Virus record (IMG/VR): IMGVR_UViG_3300018878_000133
Location: 64,001 to 93,309 of that record
Source of the DNA: a virus
Lineage: Duplodnaviria; Heunggongvirae; Uroviricota; Caudoviricetes
Reading direction: 5' to 3' (one strand)
Length of the DNA stretch: 29,309 nucleotides
Notes under the pieces: model-generated
Databases searched by the model: none
Told to the model about the DNA's origin: nothing
Seen by the model: only the letters and a program-made list of their open reading frames with translations
Position numbers and translations under genes: made by a program
In this document: piece after piece, positions 1 to 8,409 of the stretch
Layout of the letters: the number at the start of each line of letters is the position of its first letter
How positions within the stretch are numbered: position 1 is the first letter of the stretch

Positions 1-420
1 GCTGAAACTCTCGGTGACCACTGTTTAAAAACTCTTCAGTATGTACAGTCAAGAGAAAAAGATTTAGGGCCTGCTATTGAGCTTGAAACTAAGATTGCTG
101 CCGCGCTTCATGATTGTGGTAAGCCTTTTTGTAAAGCATTCAAAGATTCTAAAGGAAATGATTCTGAGTTTGCTCATTATTACAACCACGAAAATGTCGG
201 TGCTTATATCTCTCTTTTCTACGGAAAAGAAGAAGACGTAGACAGTCTTACCGTAGCTGCTCTTATTCGTTATCACATGACTTTGCATTTCTTTAAAGAC
301 TGGAAGCAGAAGACTATAGATAAATATGAAGCTGAATTCACTTCTGCTTCATATTTAAAAGAAATTAAATTTTACGACGCTTTAAAAATATTACATGAAG
401 GTGATAAAAATGCTCACTAA
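1..420 (+). CDS. HD-domain phosphohydrolase, 5'-truncated (likely the C-terminal HD domain of a phage kinase-HD / RNA-end-processing protein)
   Basis: Frame 1 is open from base 1 to TAA at 418-420 (absent from the ORF track because it has no start). Translation AETLGDHC...AAALHDCGKPFCK...AHYYNHENVGAY...LIRYHM...LHEGDKNAH shows the H...HD...H...H...D pattern of HD domains. Confidence 0.8.
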   Translation, partial: AETLGDHCLKTLQYVQSREKDLGPAIELETKIAAALHDCGKPFCKAFKDSKGNDSEFAHYYNHENVGAYISLFYGKEEDVDSLTVAALIRYHMTLHFFKDWKQKTIDKYEAEFTSASYLKEIKFYDALKILHEGDKNAH

Positions 421-733
421 AAATGTCATTAATACTGTAAAAGCAATTGATGCTCTTTCGAAGCAAATGGCAAGTATAGACAGAGAAAGAGATGAGATGA
501 TTTGGAGTCTTAAAGAAGCCGTCAAATCAGAGGACAGCTATTGTAACCTCGAATATATCGAAGTTGTTTCTTTTAGTATCGTTAATGAGCCAGCAGGCGA
601 TAAACAAGAGAATGGTAGCTACGTCTTAGAGAAGCAAGATGACAGTTTGTTTAATCCTGATAGCGGTTCCGGAGTACTGTTTTGTCCTATTGAGAATGAA
701 GATAAATGGCTTAAAATTGAGTATATTTGGTAA
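410..733 (+). CDS. hypothetical phage protein
   Basis: ORF 395..733; ATG at 410 follows GAAGGTGA and overlaps the upstream stop. Confidence 0.7.
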   Translation: MLTKNVINTVKAIDALSKQMASIDRERDEMIWSLKEAVKSEDSYCNLEYIEVVSFSIVNEPAGDKQENGSYVLEKQDDSLFNPDSGSGVLFCPIENEDKWLKIEYIW

Positions 734-746
734 AAGGAGACTATTT

Positions 747-917
747 ATGTTGTATATTAATTATGTAGATAATAGTGATTATGAAAATTATATTATCAAT
801 CAGCAGGTAAATAGCATTTTAAATCGTCGTGACGATGAAGACGACTATAGATATGACCATGACGTGGAAAGATTTAGAGAAGATTTAAGAGAAAGCTTGC
901 GTGACTACCAACCGTAA
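747..917 (+). CDS. small acidic hypothetical protein (56 aa)
   Basis: AAGGAG RBS precedes ATG at 747, in frame with track ORF 639..917. Confidence 0.65.
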   Translation: MLYINYVDNSDYENYIINQQVNSILNRRDDEDDYRYDHDVERFREDLRESLRDYQP

Positions 918-933
918 ATATTTAGGAGGTTTT

Positions 934-1332
934 ATGACTAAAGAGCGTGCGTATGAGCTTGCCAAGCAAGCTTCTTATAATAGTGATTATAAGCAGGCGC
1001 TAGGAGCAGTTGCAATTTATTGTGGAAAGTTGCTAGCTCTTGGTTGGAACAGTCATAAAACTCACCCTGGTCAGGCTAGATATAATAGCCTTGAACGAGG
1101 TTTTGATGGGTATTCTTTTCAGTCAACTATTCATGCTGAAATGATGGTCATTAATAAAATTAAATACCTCGATATTAACTTTAATAAAGTAAAACTTTTT
1201 GTTTGGCGAGGTAAAGATCATCCTCGTTTGTCTAAACCCTGTGCCGCTTGCGAGAGGGCCCTTCGTGATTTAGGAATTAGACACGTTTACTATACTGGAA
1301 ATAATAGTTACATAGAAGAAACTTACATATAA
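934..1332 (+). CDS. Zn-dependent cytidine/dCMP deaminase-superfamily protein
   Basis: Motifs IHAE and SKPCAACERAL (HxE...PCxxC); AGGAGG RBS before ATG at 934. Confidence 0.85.
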   Translation: MTKERAYELAKQASYNSDYKQALGAVAIYCGKLLALGWNSHKTHPGQARYNSLERGFDGYSFQSTIHAEMMVINKIKYLDINFNKVKLFVWRGKDHPRLSKPCAACERALRDLGIRHVYYTGNNSYIEETYI

Positions 1333-1346
1333 TGGAGGTTTATTAT

Positions 1347-1640
1347 ATGAAAAAATGTTTTCCTGAGCATTTAATGAAAATTGAGTGGACTGCATCTTAT
1401 ATGAATGGCTACGAACAAGAGAAAGTAGCATTGTTTAATGAGACAGTTGTAAGCGAAGTTGAGGTTAGAAGCTGGATTGAACAAGGCCTTTTAGACGTTG
1501 AGCATAAGCCTACTGTCGTTACTATGACAAAGAAACAATATGAGAATCTTTTTGACCATGTATCTAGCACTGAAGATATTGATTCAGAAAGATCTTTTTA
1601 TTCCGATTTAGTACTTGAACAGCAAGGAGGTATTCTGTAA
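1347..1640 (+). CDS. hypothetical phage protein
   Basis: GGAGG at 1334-1338, then in-frame ATG at 1347; TAATG coupling to the next gene. Confidence 0.7.
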   Translation: MKKCFPEHLMKIEWTASYMNGYEQEKVALFNETVVSEVEVRSWIEQGLLDVEHKPTVVTMTKKQYENLFDHVSSTEDIDSERSFYSDLVLEQQGGIL

Positions 1641-2035
1641 TGGATATGACTAAAAGAGAATTTTTTAAACTTAAGCATCGTAAGCACATTTATAATATTT
1701 ATTCCGACGTAGCAAGCAGAGCTTATGATTTGTCTGAAACCTTTTTAACTAAACTTAAGTTAATCAGAGAGCTAAAGGACCATTATAGAGATAACGACTC
1801 TATTTGGCAGTTACTTCATAATACTGAAGCAACGTGTACCTCTAATTTTGAATTTGAAGCTATTGTTAGATGTAACAGTGCCGGTAAAAATGATTTTAAA
1901 ACAAGTCATGCAGCATATGGCGCACTTACTTGTGATATTCGTAAACTAAGCTGGGCAATTGGAAGAATGTCTGCTGTTATCGACTTATTTGAATATATGA
2001 AAAAGAATGATTTATGTCTGAGGGCAAAGAAATGA
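1640..2035 (+). CDS. hypothetical phage protein
   Basis: 131-aa ORF with GGAGG RBS, coupled to neighbours. Confidence 0.7.
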   Translation: MDMTKREFFKLKHRKHIYNIYSDVASRAYDLSETFLTKLKLIRELKDHYRDNDSIWQLLHNTEATCTSNFEFEAIVRCNSAGKNDFKTSHAAYGALTCDIRKLSWAIGRMSAVIDLFEYMKKNDLCLRAKK

Positions 2036-2370
2036 GTTGTCATTTTTGTTTTAATGCACATGTATGGGCAAAAGAACCTCATATTGAAGAAGACTACTAT
2101 GAATCTAGTTTAGATAATAGTAATGATTTTAGCTCTTCTACCATCGGCACTACTTGTGGTTTACCGAATGGCTATCCTCATCAGATATATCTTAATTCTG
2201 GAGGCGGTAAAGCAATTAATATTGAAGTTTGTGAATGGTACTACGGTCGTTGGCACACAGTTGGAGTATACTACCCAAAATTTTGCCCGGAGTGCGGACG
2301 AAAACTTGACGAGTATGTTATTGCTGAACGTGGAACTGCTTTTACAAAAATACAGGAGGATCGTGAATGA
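2032..2370 (+). CDS. Zn-ribbon hypothetical protein
   Basis: CHFC...CPEC motifs; ATGA overlaps on both sides. Confidence 0.7.
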   Translation: MSCHFCFNAHVWAKEPHIEEDYYESSLDNSNDFSSSTIGTTCGLPNGYPHQIYLNSGGGKAINIEVCEWYYGRWHTVGVYYPKFCPECGRKLDEYVIAERGTAFTKIQEDRE

Positions 2371-2846
2371 GTTTAGCAATTTATTTAATTTGTAATATTG
2401 TAGTTTTTGCTTTTATTATCTCAAATGCTGTATCATATAGTGAAAGCTCCGGTCATAAATACGGCAAGCGCCTTAACAAAAAGATTTCGACCATTGTTTT
2501 TGCCAGTCGCTCTACTGACAAGACTATCGAATTTAATAGTAAAGGCAAAAAATTCTGTATCCGAGTAGCGAATGCTGAAGTACCTCCTGGACTTACGTAT
2601 GATACTATCCCTGTGTACACATGTAGAGATGTTTACATTAATGACGAACTTGTTTGCAAGGTCCATAAGCTCGAAAGGCTTTTTAGTAAAGTTTATCTAG
2701 CAGAGTTTAGCAGTGGTAGAAATGAAATTGAAATTGAAGCATTGATTAATGTCGCTTATAAAACAGCTAAGCAGCTTAACAAAGAATACTGGAATAACTG
2801 GCACGAAAAACAGGATGCAGTAAAGTCTTTTTATAAAGATAAGTAG
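2367..2846 (+). CDS. hypothetical protein with N-terminal hydrophobic (membrane/signal) segment
   Basis: Hydrophobic N-terminus LAIYLICNIVVFAFIISNAV; GGAGG RBS; ATGA overlap. Confidence 0.7.
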   Translation: MSLAIYLICNIVVFAFIISNAVSYSESSGHKYGKRLNKKISTIVFASRSTDKTIEFNSKGKKFCIRVANAEVPPGLTYDTIPVYTCRDVYINDELVCKVHKLERLFSKVYLAEFSSGRNEIEIEALINVAYKTAKQLNKEYWNNWHEKQDAVKSFYKDK

Positions 2847-2861
2847 TTTTAGAGGTGACAT

Positions 2862-3437
2862 ATGTCGAACGAATATAAAGATTGGGAACGAGATAAAATA
2901 GAAGAAGAAAACCAAGCTATAACTGAATACCCTTTTTTAAGAGCTAGAAATATTGATGGTACTATTGACACAGAATCGAAGTTTCCAATGATTGGGCTGG
3001 AAATTCCTAACGGTTGGTATAAGTTATTTTTTCAAATGTGTGATGATATTAAGACTATTCTTGAAGAAAAAGGAAAACTTAATGATTTCTATTTTATTCA
3101 AGTAAAAGAAAAATATAATGAGTTAGTTTGTTATAGTAATGGTGAAGGTTCGCCTGCTGTTGAAGTAATTCTTCAAAAATACGGATACATAGCAAGATTT
3201 GTTTGCGTAAATTGTGGTATGCCAGCGCACTATGAAACACGAGGTTATATTGCTTCATTGTGCGAAACATGCTTTAGAAATAATGGATTTGAGCGCGATA
3301 TCTGTGATGACCTTGAATTTAAAGACTCTTATGAAGTAGTAGGATTTAGAGACGGTAAAAGTTATAAAAGTATTGTAAGTGTTAAAGATGAGTGGAATAG
3401 ATACTTACAGAATTTTTGCGGAGAAGCTGATGTATAG
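2862..3437 (+). CDS. conserved phage hypothetical protein (GW...QVKEKY motif, Zn finger)
   Basis: IPNGWYKL...IQVKEKYNEL...CVNCG...SLCETC resembles an uncharacterised family I recall from large phages; GAGGTG RBS. Confidence 0.7.
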   Translation: MSNEYKDWERDKIEEENQAITEYPFLRARNIDGTIDTESKFPMIGLEIPNGWYKLFFQMCDDIKTILEEKGKLNDFYFIQVKEKYNELVCYSNGEGSPAVEVILQKYGYIARFVCVNCGMPAHYETRGYIASLCETCFRNNGFERDICDDLEFKDSYEVVGFRDGKSYKSIVSVKDEWNRYLQNFCGEADV

Positions 3438-3627
3438 ATATGAAACTATTTTTAAAGGTAAATCTAAGGTCAATAAAGTTACACAACTAGAAAATATTAA
3501 ACCTGTGTTATATTCTATGATGGATATTTGTCCTAGTTGTGGCGAGTACTCAGTAGATGGAGGAGTCTGTATTAAATGCCAAAAAGAATATGGACTACAT
3601 AAACCTGCAAACATTTATATCGGATAA
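3430..3627 (+). CDS. small Zn-ribbon protein
   Basis: ATG at 3430 overlaps the upstream stop; CPSCGEYSVDGGVCIKC. Confidence 0.65.
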   Translation: MYRYETIFKGKSKVNKVTQLENIKPVLYSMMDICPSCGEYSVDGGVCIKCQKEYGLHKPANIYIG

Positions 3628-3637
3628 ATAAAGTATT

Positions 3638-3672
3638 AAACGTGCTAAAATTAATAATTTAGCACGTTTTTA
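3638..3672 (+). terminator. intrinsic terminator-like hairpin
   Basis: AAACGTGCTAAA (3638-3649) pairs with TTTAGCACGTTT (3658-3669), followed by a T tract. Confidence 0.7.
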
Positions 3673-3712
3673 TTGTAATATATAGTATAAAATTATTAAA
3701 GAGGTATATAAA

Positions 3713-3982
3713 GTGTTTAGAAATGTTGTTATTGGAAAGCCTTTAGTTGAAGTTAGCAGTCTGTTAGCTTTAGATAATAAAGACTGGGAAGAAAATGAAA
3801 AAGATTATACACTCTTCACCGATACTCGTTTTCTTCCTGCTGTTATGAAAGAAGCCGGTATTGTAAACTCTACCGGTGAAGTGCGTAGAAATAAACCAGA
3901 ACTCTGTATTACCCTTGATAAACCTGATTGCATTAATATTAAATGGGGTAAAAAATTTCTTTATGTTGTTGTAGGTGAGTAG
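3713..3982 (+). CDS. stand-alone S4-like RNA-binding protein (resembles the TyrRS C-terminal S4 domain)
   Basis: LPAVMKEAGIVNSTGEVRR...IKWGKKFLYVV matches the L..aGl..S.sEaRR...GKk.f pattern; GTG start after AGAGGT. Confidence 0.6.
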   Translation: MFRNVVIGKPLVEVSSLLALDNKDWEENEKDYTLFTDTRFLPAVMKEAGIVNSTGEVRRNKPELCITLDKPDCINIKWGKKFLYVVVGE

Positions 3983-4030
3983 TTAGTATGGAACTGTTAC
4001 CAGCAGATATTATGGATAAGGAGAATTTTT

Positions 4031-4237
4031 ATGGAGCAACTTGGTTTTGCTTTAATGATTATTACTGTGAGTGTTTTTATTTCAACTCTATTAGCTTGTA
4101 TAGGACTTAATAGAAGAGATAAACAGATTGTAGCTCTTAAGGAAGAATTGAAAAATATTCAAGCCTGGTCAGGTGATGTTGCTACAAAGTATAACGAGCA
4201 TATAATTGAGTATCATGATGGAGGGACCAGCAGATGA
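4031..4237 (+). CDS. small membrane protein (TM + coiled coil)
   Basis: AAGGAG RBS; hydrophobic residues 4-26 followed by a heptad-like segment. Confidence 0.7.
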   Translation: MEQLGFALMIITVSVFISTLLACIGLNRRDKQIVALKEELKNIQAWSGDVATKYNEHIIEYHDGGTSR

Positions 4238-4512
4238 AACCGTTGTTTAGATGTGAATATTGTGATAAAATTGGCACGGAAGAAGAACTTACAAAACACG
4301 AGGCAGAGTGCATTAACAATTATACAAAACGATCTTGTCATACCTGTAAACATGCTGAAAATAAGATAACTAAGTTTAATTGTAAGCTTGGCAAGGAAAT
4401 TCCAGAAGGCAAACTTTTTGAGTACTGTCCGGCGTATGAGTGGGACGAAAAAGACCACACTTCAAGAAACCCTGTACCATTTAATAACCTATTTGGAGGT
4501 CTGTTTGGATGA
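4234..4512 (+). CDS. Cys-rich Zn-binding hypothetical protein
   Basis: CEYC, CHTCKH; ATGA overlaps; ends in NLFGGLFG. Confidence 0.75.
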   Translation: MKPLFRCEYCDKIGTEEELTKHEAECINNYTKRSCHTCKHAENKITKFNCKLGKEIPEGKLFEYCPAYEWDEKDHTSRNPVPFNNLFGGLFG

Positions 4513-4775
4513 AAACTGTAGAAGTAAAATATATGCCTGGTGATACTTGCTGGGTAAAAGGCCAATATAGAGAATGTATTATTGAAAGTGTTATTCTTGA
4601 GAAAGATGACATTACATATAATTGGTATAATCTGGATGTTGGTGTAGATATTACAGAAGTTTGGGACGACGGCTATTTTACTAGAGAAGACATTGGTAAA
4701 ACGGTCTTTAATACTTTGGAAGAACTAGAGAAAGCTTTTCCTGAAGATTTTGATTTTGGTGATGAAGATGAGTGA
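4509..4775 (+). CDS. acidic hypothetical protein (possible SH3-like beta-barrel)
   Basis: PGDTCWV...DIGKTVFNTLEE pattern common in small Firmicutes-phage proteins. Confidence 0.7.
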   Translation: MKTVEVKYMPGDTCWVKGQYRECIIESVILEKDDITYNWYNLDVGVDITEVWDDGYFTREDIGKTVFNTLEELEKAFPEDFDFGDEDE

Positions 4776-4959
4776 ATTTTGTCCAAGAGACTGCAAATAT
4801 CTTAATCTAACTGAGGAAAAACAAAATATGTTAGATGAACCCGCACTACATAAGTGTCTTAAATATAAAGTAAGATTATATCACATGCTAGCACATCCTG
4901 AGCTATATAGATGTGAAGAGTGCCTTAAGGAGACTAAAAATGAAACATTTTATGAGTAA
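4768..4959 (+). CDS. small Cys-rich protein
   Basis: ATG at 4768 overlaps the upstream gene; CPRDCKY...CEEC. Confidence 0.65.
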   Translation: MSEFCPRDCKYLNLTEEKQNMLDEPALHKCLKYKVRLYHMLAHPELYRCEECLKETKNETFYE

Positions 4960-5146
4960 TCCATGTGGTTATGGTCATTGTATGAGTATTGAATGTCATA
5001 AATGTAGACATTTTAAACCTCGTTATAGAGGTATTCCAGTTCCTCGTTGGCTTGGTTGGCTACTCTATGAACATGAAGAATATATTAATATAAAGAGATG
5101 GGCTAAAGAGCATCCAGAAGAAGAAAATGGTAGAGGAGAATTTTAA
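4940..5146 (+). CDS. small Cys-rich protein
   Basis: AAGGAG RBS before ATG at 4940; CGYGHC...CHKCRH. Confidence 0.65.
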   Translation: MKHFMSNPCGYGHCMSIECHKCRHFKPRYRGIPVPRWLGWLLYEHEEYINIKRWAKEHPEEENGRGEF

Positions 5147-5548
5147 ATGTTAGCTAGTAATTCAAGCACAGTAAGTGAAAACAAAACTTGTCCTATTTGT
5201 AAAAAGCCTCTGATAAAAATGCCTGATGGAAGTTTTAAATGTGACGATTGTGGTTATATTGAAAAACTATCTACTCTTATTCCTAATTCAGAGCTAAAAC
5301 AATTTTTAAATAATTATAATAAAACTGCGAAAGTTTCTACTGACAGCGACTTGCAAGGCATCGGTGGTCTGTATGGCTGGATTTGTCCTAAGTGTGGGGC
5401 AGTGATGAGTCCTTATGAGTCTTTTTGTCCTAACTGTACCCAACGAAATTGGGAAGTTACTTGTACTACTGGCACTAATAATATTAAAAGTAATTTTGAT
5501 GTTAACCAATTTATTGGCGGTAGAAAGGATAAATACGGGTACGAATAA
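5147..5548 (+). CDS. double Zn-ribbon protein
   Basis: CPIC...CDDC and GWICPKCG...CPNC. Confidence 0.75.
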   Translation: MLASNSSTVSENKTCPICKKPLIKMPDGSFKCDDCGYIEKLSTLIPNSELKQFLNNYNKTAKVSTDSDLQGIGGLYGWICPKCGAVMSPYESFCPNCTQRNWEVTCTTGTNNIKSNFDVNQFIGGRKDKYGYE

Positions 5549-5943
5549 TGTCTGTAAAAGTACTAATTAAACGAGATACCGTTGACAATTTTAAAACTAA
5601 AAACTTTATACCGAGAGAGTATGAATTAGTCGCTGCTTATGGTACTGATACTGAAGAAGTAATCTATAAACTCGGAGATGGTAAAACTTATTGGGCAGAT
5701 TTAAAAGAAATTACTAAAATATCTGAATTAGATAAATTTATTTTTTATGTCGCTTCCACCTCAGTGTCTGGTACAGAAGTAAAGCATTCAAAAGTCTGTA
5801 AAGGTCCTGAGATTTATCTAAATCCTTTTATGGCAGAAGAAGTTCTTAATGATTTAGGTAATGAGCCTAAGAATCTAAATGCTGAAAAGCTGATTGAAAC
5901 AGTGAATAAGTTTATTACTGACGATAAGAAAGCTATTTATTAA
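5548..5943 (+). CDS. protein with N-terminal Mtd_N / phage-hyaluronidase-N-like domain
   Basis: VLIKRDT..N...N....YEL...TDT...YKLGDGKTYWADL matches the IqlrRDT..nW...Np.l..GE...etDT...KiGDG.t.w..L pattern. Confidence 0.6.
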   Translation: MSVKVLIKRDTVDNFKTKNFIPREYELVAAYGTDTEEVIYKLGDGKTYWADLKEITKISELDKFIFYVASTSVSGTEVKHSKVCKGPEIYLNPFMAEEVLNDLGNEPKNLNAEKLIETVNKFITDDKKAIY

Positions 5944-5963
5944 TCTAAGAGAGGTAACAAATT

Positions 5964-6545
5964 ATGGGTAAATGGGGAATTGACTGTGATTTTGACAAAA
6001 ATCCTGCATTAAGAATTATTGCTACACGAGACAGATGGGTAAAGGCAAAGCATGATTTAGAAGATGCTAAATACATTGAACATCTTATTCATTGTGACTA
6101 TGTAAGAACAGTTAGAAACGCTAAAACTGTTTGGGATTATCGTATTCCAATGATCAAAGCTGCTAGACCTGAAATTGGTAAGACCAAAAAGAAAGAACGT
6201 GAAAATCTTTCTTATATTGAAAATACTGTAAAAGAATGTTTCTTTAAAGATAATGATAGAATTAATATTAAAATTCATGATATTATCTCTGGCGGCTATG
6301 AAGGATATTATTATGAACTATTCTTTAAAGTAAATAAGGAAGAGTATGCAGTTCAAATTCCTCATAGAGAGCAGCTAACTATAGAAAACATGAGTTATGC
6401 TTATGATGGTAAATTTGTATTTTTGCACAAAACCTCTGATTGCTCGACTTCTGTAGAATTTATGGAATACGACGAAGAAGAGTTTGCTAAGAAGTGTAAA
6501 GAATATTTTGATAAGGTGCTTGCAAATGAGAAAGAAAAGGAATAA
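5964..6545 (+). CDS. hypothetical phage protein
   Basis: 193-aa ORF with AGAGGT RBS. Confidence 0.75.
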   Translation: MGKWGIDCDFDKNPALRIIATRDRWVKAKHDLEDAKYIEHLIHCDYVRTVRNAKTVWDYRIPMIKAARPEIGKTKKKERENLSYIENTVKECFFKDNDRINIKIHDIISGGYEGYYYELFFKVNKEEYAVQIPHREQLTIENMSYAYDGKFVFLHKTSDCSTSVEFMEYDEEEFAKKCKEYFDKVLANEKEKE

Positions 6546-6699
6546 AGATGGGTATGTGCTTAAATCTGATGTAATTCGAATTATTCAAAATTATATTAGA
6601 AATATTCAAATGAATGACTATGGAACTGACTCTGGCATTCCTCAGCTATACAGAGTATTGACACAGATTGATGAGATGGAGGTTATAAATGCAGACTGA
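6526..6699 (+). CDS. small hypothetical protein
   Basis: AAGGTG RBS before ATG at 6526, in frame with track ORF 6484..6699. Confidence 0.6.
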   Translation: MRKKRNKDGYVLKSDVIRIIQNYIRNIQMNDYGTDSGIPQLYRVLTQIDEMEVINAD

Positions 6700-6970
6700 G
6701 ACTAGCTTAATGAGATGCGATGATCACGCCGAGGCGTTAGTATTTACTAGATTTGATTATGATAATCTTGATACTTCCTATGAGATTACTATAGAAGATT
6801 CATATATCGGTGGAGATTATACAGGATTACTTGGTAGATTTAAACGAGCATGGAAAGCTTTTACTGATAAGCCTGTTTATTATACGGGCGTATTTACTGA
6901 TGATAAAGCTAAAATGCTTAAATTTTTAACTGAAAGTATCAATATCATTAATAGGACAGATAATAATTAA
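6689..6970 (+). CDS. hypothetical phage protein
   Basis: GGAGG RBS; 93 aa. Confidence 0.7.
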   Translation: MQTETSLMRCDDHAEALVFTRFDYDNLDTSYEITIEDSYIGGDYTGLLGRFKRAWKAFTDKPVYYTGVFTDDKAKMLKFLTESINIINRTDNN

Positions 6971-6983
6971 TTTTTAAATATTT

Positions 6984-7014
6984 GCGTAAGGTTGTTTAAA
7001 TCTTACGCTTTTTT
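6984..7014 (+). terminator. intrinsic terminator
   Basis: GCGTAAGGTT (6984-6993) pairs with AATCTTACGC (6999-7008), followed by a T run. Confidence 0.75.
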
Positions 7015-7026
7015 CTGTATAATATA
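7015..7026 (+). promoter_or_regulatory. putative -10 element (TGTATAATA motif)
   Basis: TATAAT at 7018-7023 lies right after the terminator and about 35 bp before a gene with a GGAGG RBS; the same motif occurs at 10130 and 25883. Confidence 0.5.
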
Positions 7027-7059
7027 TAAGTAGGAATTTTATTATAGGAGGATTTTAAA

Positions 7060-7461
7060 ATGTTAAAAATTAAACAAATTATCAATGGTACCTATTATTT
7101 AACTTGTGATAAGAAGATTCAGGCAAAAGATAAAATTTATTCTGCATCAGTTGAAAATAATACTATGGAGCTGTTTTGTGAAGATACAGATGTTGAAGGT
7201 GTTTACTGCTTTGGAGCAACCCAGCTCACTGATGGACTCTACCATAAGGCTGGCTATACTTGGTCAAGTAGACCTAGCTGTATTAATGGACAGTTTGGTA
7301 TGCAGCTTGTTGATGTGATTATTGATAGTTGTGCTTACTTTGCTGTTGATATTCATATTTTAAAAACATTGGTAGAAGAGCATACCGGTAAAAAATATTA
7401 TATTGAGCAATATGGTAGTGCAGAGGAACCTTGCTATAGACTGGTAGAAGAGGTACTTTAA
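7060..7461 (+). CDS. hypothetical phage protein
   Basis: Strong GGAGG RBS; 133 aa. Confidence 0.75.
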   Translation: MLKIKQIINGTYYLTCDKKIQAKDKIYSASVENNTMELFCEDTDVEGVYCFGATQLTDGLYHKAGYTWSSRPSCINGQFGMQLVDVIIDSCAYFAVDIHILKTLVEEHTGKKYYIEQYGSAEEPCYRLVEEVL

Positions 7462-7462
7462 G

Positions 7463-7912
7463 TTGAATAGTGCTTGTATTATCGCAGCTTGTGCAGCAAA
7501 TGCTAGACAGAATAGAGAGCTAGTACAACAAAAGCATCATTGTTCACTAACAAATCTTCCAGAGGTACTCTATAAAATTAGACTTCGAATGTATATTGAC
7601 TTTGAGTCTATAAGATTAACGGTCGCAGTAGAAGATGTTTGTAGTGCATTTTTTAAGTCTATTTCTATACCATCGAAGTCTATTGCTATAGAAGATTTAT
7701 TCACTATTGGAGCTAGTAAATGTCCTGCTGGGCCTGATAAGTATATGGAAGAAAATCTAGATATAATTACTTCTTCTATATTTTGGCAAAGAACTAAAGA
7801 AGAAATTATTGATAAATATCTGGCCGACATTAAAAATAAACATAATATTATTGTTGATAAATCATATATTAATTATAATATTAGATACTCTTGGGAGATT
7901 GACGTAGAATGA
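7463..7912 (+). CDS. hypothetical phage protein
   Basis: TTG start after GAGGT; 149 aa. Confidence 0.65.
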   Translation: MNSACIIAACAANARQNRELVQQKHHCSLTNLPEVLYKIRLRMYIDFESIRLTVAVEDVCSAFFKSISIPSKSIAIEDLFTIGASKCPAGPDKYMEENLDIITSSIFWQRTKEEIIDKYLADIKNKHNIIVDKSYINYNIRYSWEIDVE

Positions 7913-8172
7913 AGAATTTACATATAGAAAACAGCTATAAGATATGGGATCCTAAAAAGATGAAATACATTATATACACCTCATGTTATAAGATGTATAA
8001 AGAATATACAGCTGATGCTTGCCTTAACAGATCATATAAAGGTATGTATGTAGAATGGTGGCTACATAACATCGGTTACTACATTACACGACCTTTTGTA
8101 AAAATTGAAAAAATAAGGATTTGGCATGACCGCTGTAAACATGTAGACTTAGAAGAACATTTTAACTACTAA
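7909..8172 (+). CDS. hypothetical phage protein
   Basis: ATGA overlap; 87 aa. Confidence 0.65.
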   Translation: MKNLHIENSYKIWDPKKMKYIIYTSCYKMYKEYTADACLNRSYKGMYVEWWLHNIGYYITRPFVKIEKIRIWHDRCKHVDLEEHFNY

Positions 8173-8199
8173 TAGCATAAATTAAGAGGTGATTTAGAT

Positions 8200-8409
8200 A
8201 TGATAAAACGATTGGAAGATCTCAAAATCGGTGATAAGTTTTGGTTCACTGATGTACCATATTTAGTGATTGATATGGACATGACAAATATGTCTCTTTT
8301 TACTGATTTTTCTAGTATTAGATTTGTATTATGCCTGGTTACTTATAAAGTTGTCGGTTTTGACAAAAATATTAATGTAATTCAAGATAAGGATAATTTT
8401 CGAGTATGA
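8200..8409 (+). CDS. small hypothetical protein (possible SH3-like)
   Basis: AGAGGTG RBS; LKIGDKFWF...YLVID pattern. Confidence 0.65.
   Translation: MIKRLEDLKIGDKFWFTDVPYLVIDMDMTNMSLFTDFSSIRFVLCLVTYKVVGFDKNINVIQDKDNFRV

Noticed and set aside
3988-4110. 40-aa aromatic/Cys-rich ORF (MELLPADIMDKENFYGATWFCF...) with a weak AGGTGAG RBS
   Set aside because: Overlaps 4031..4237 by 80 bp in another frame, and that gene has the stronger AAGGAG RBS and a coherent TM + coiled-coil product. Not excluded, but unsupported.
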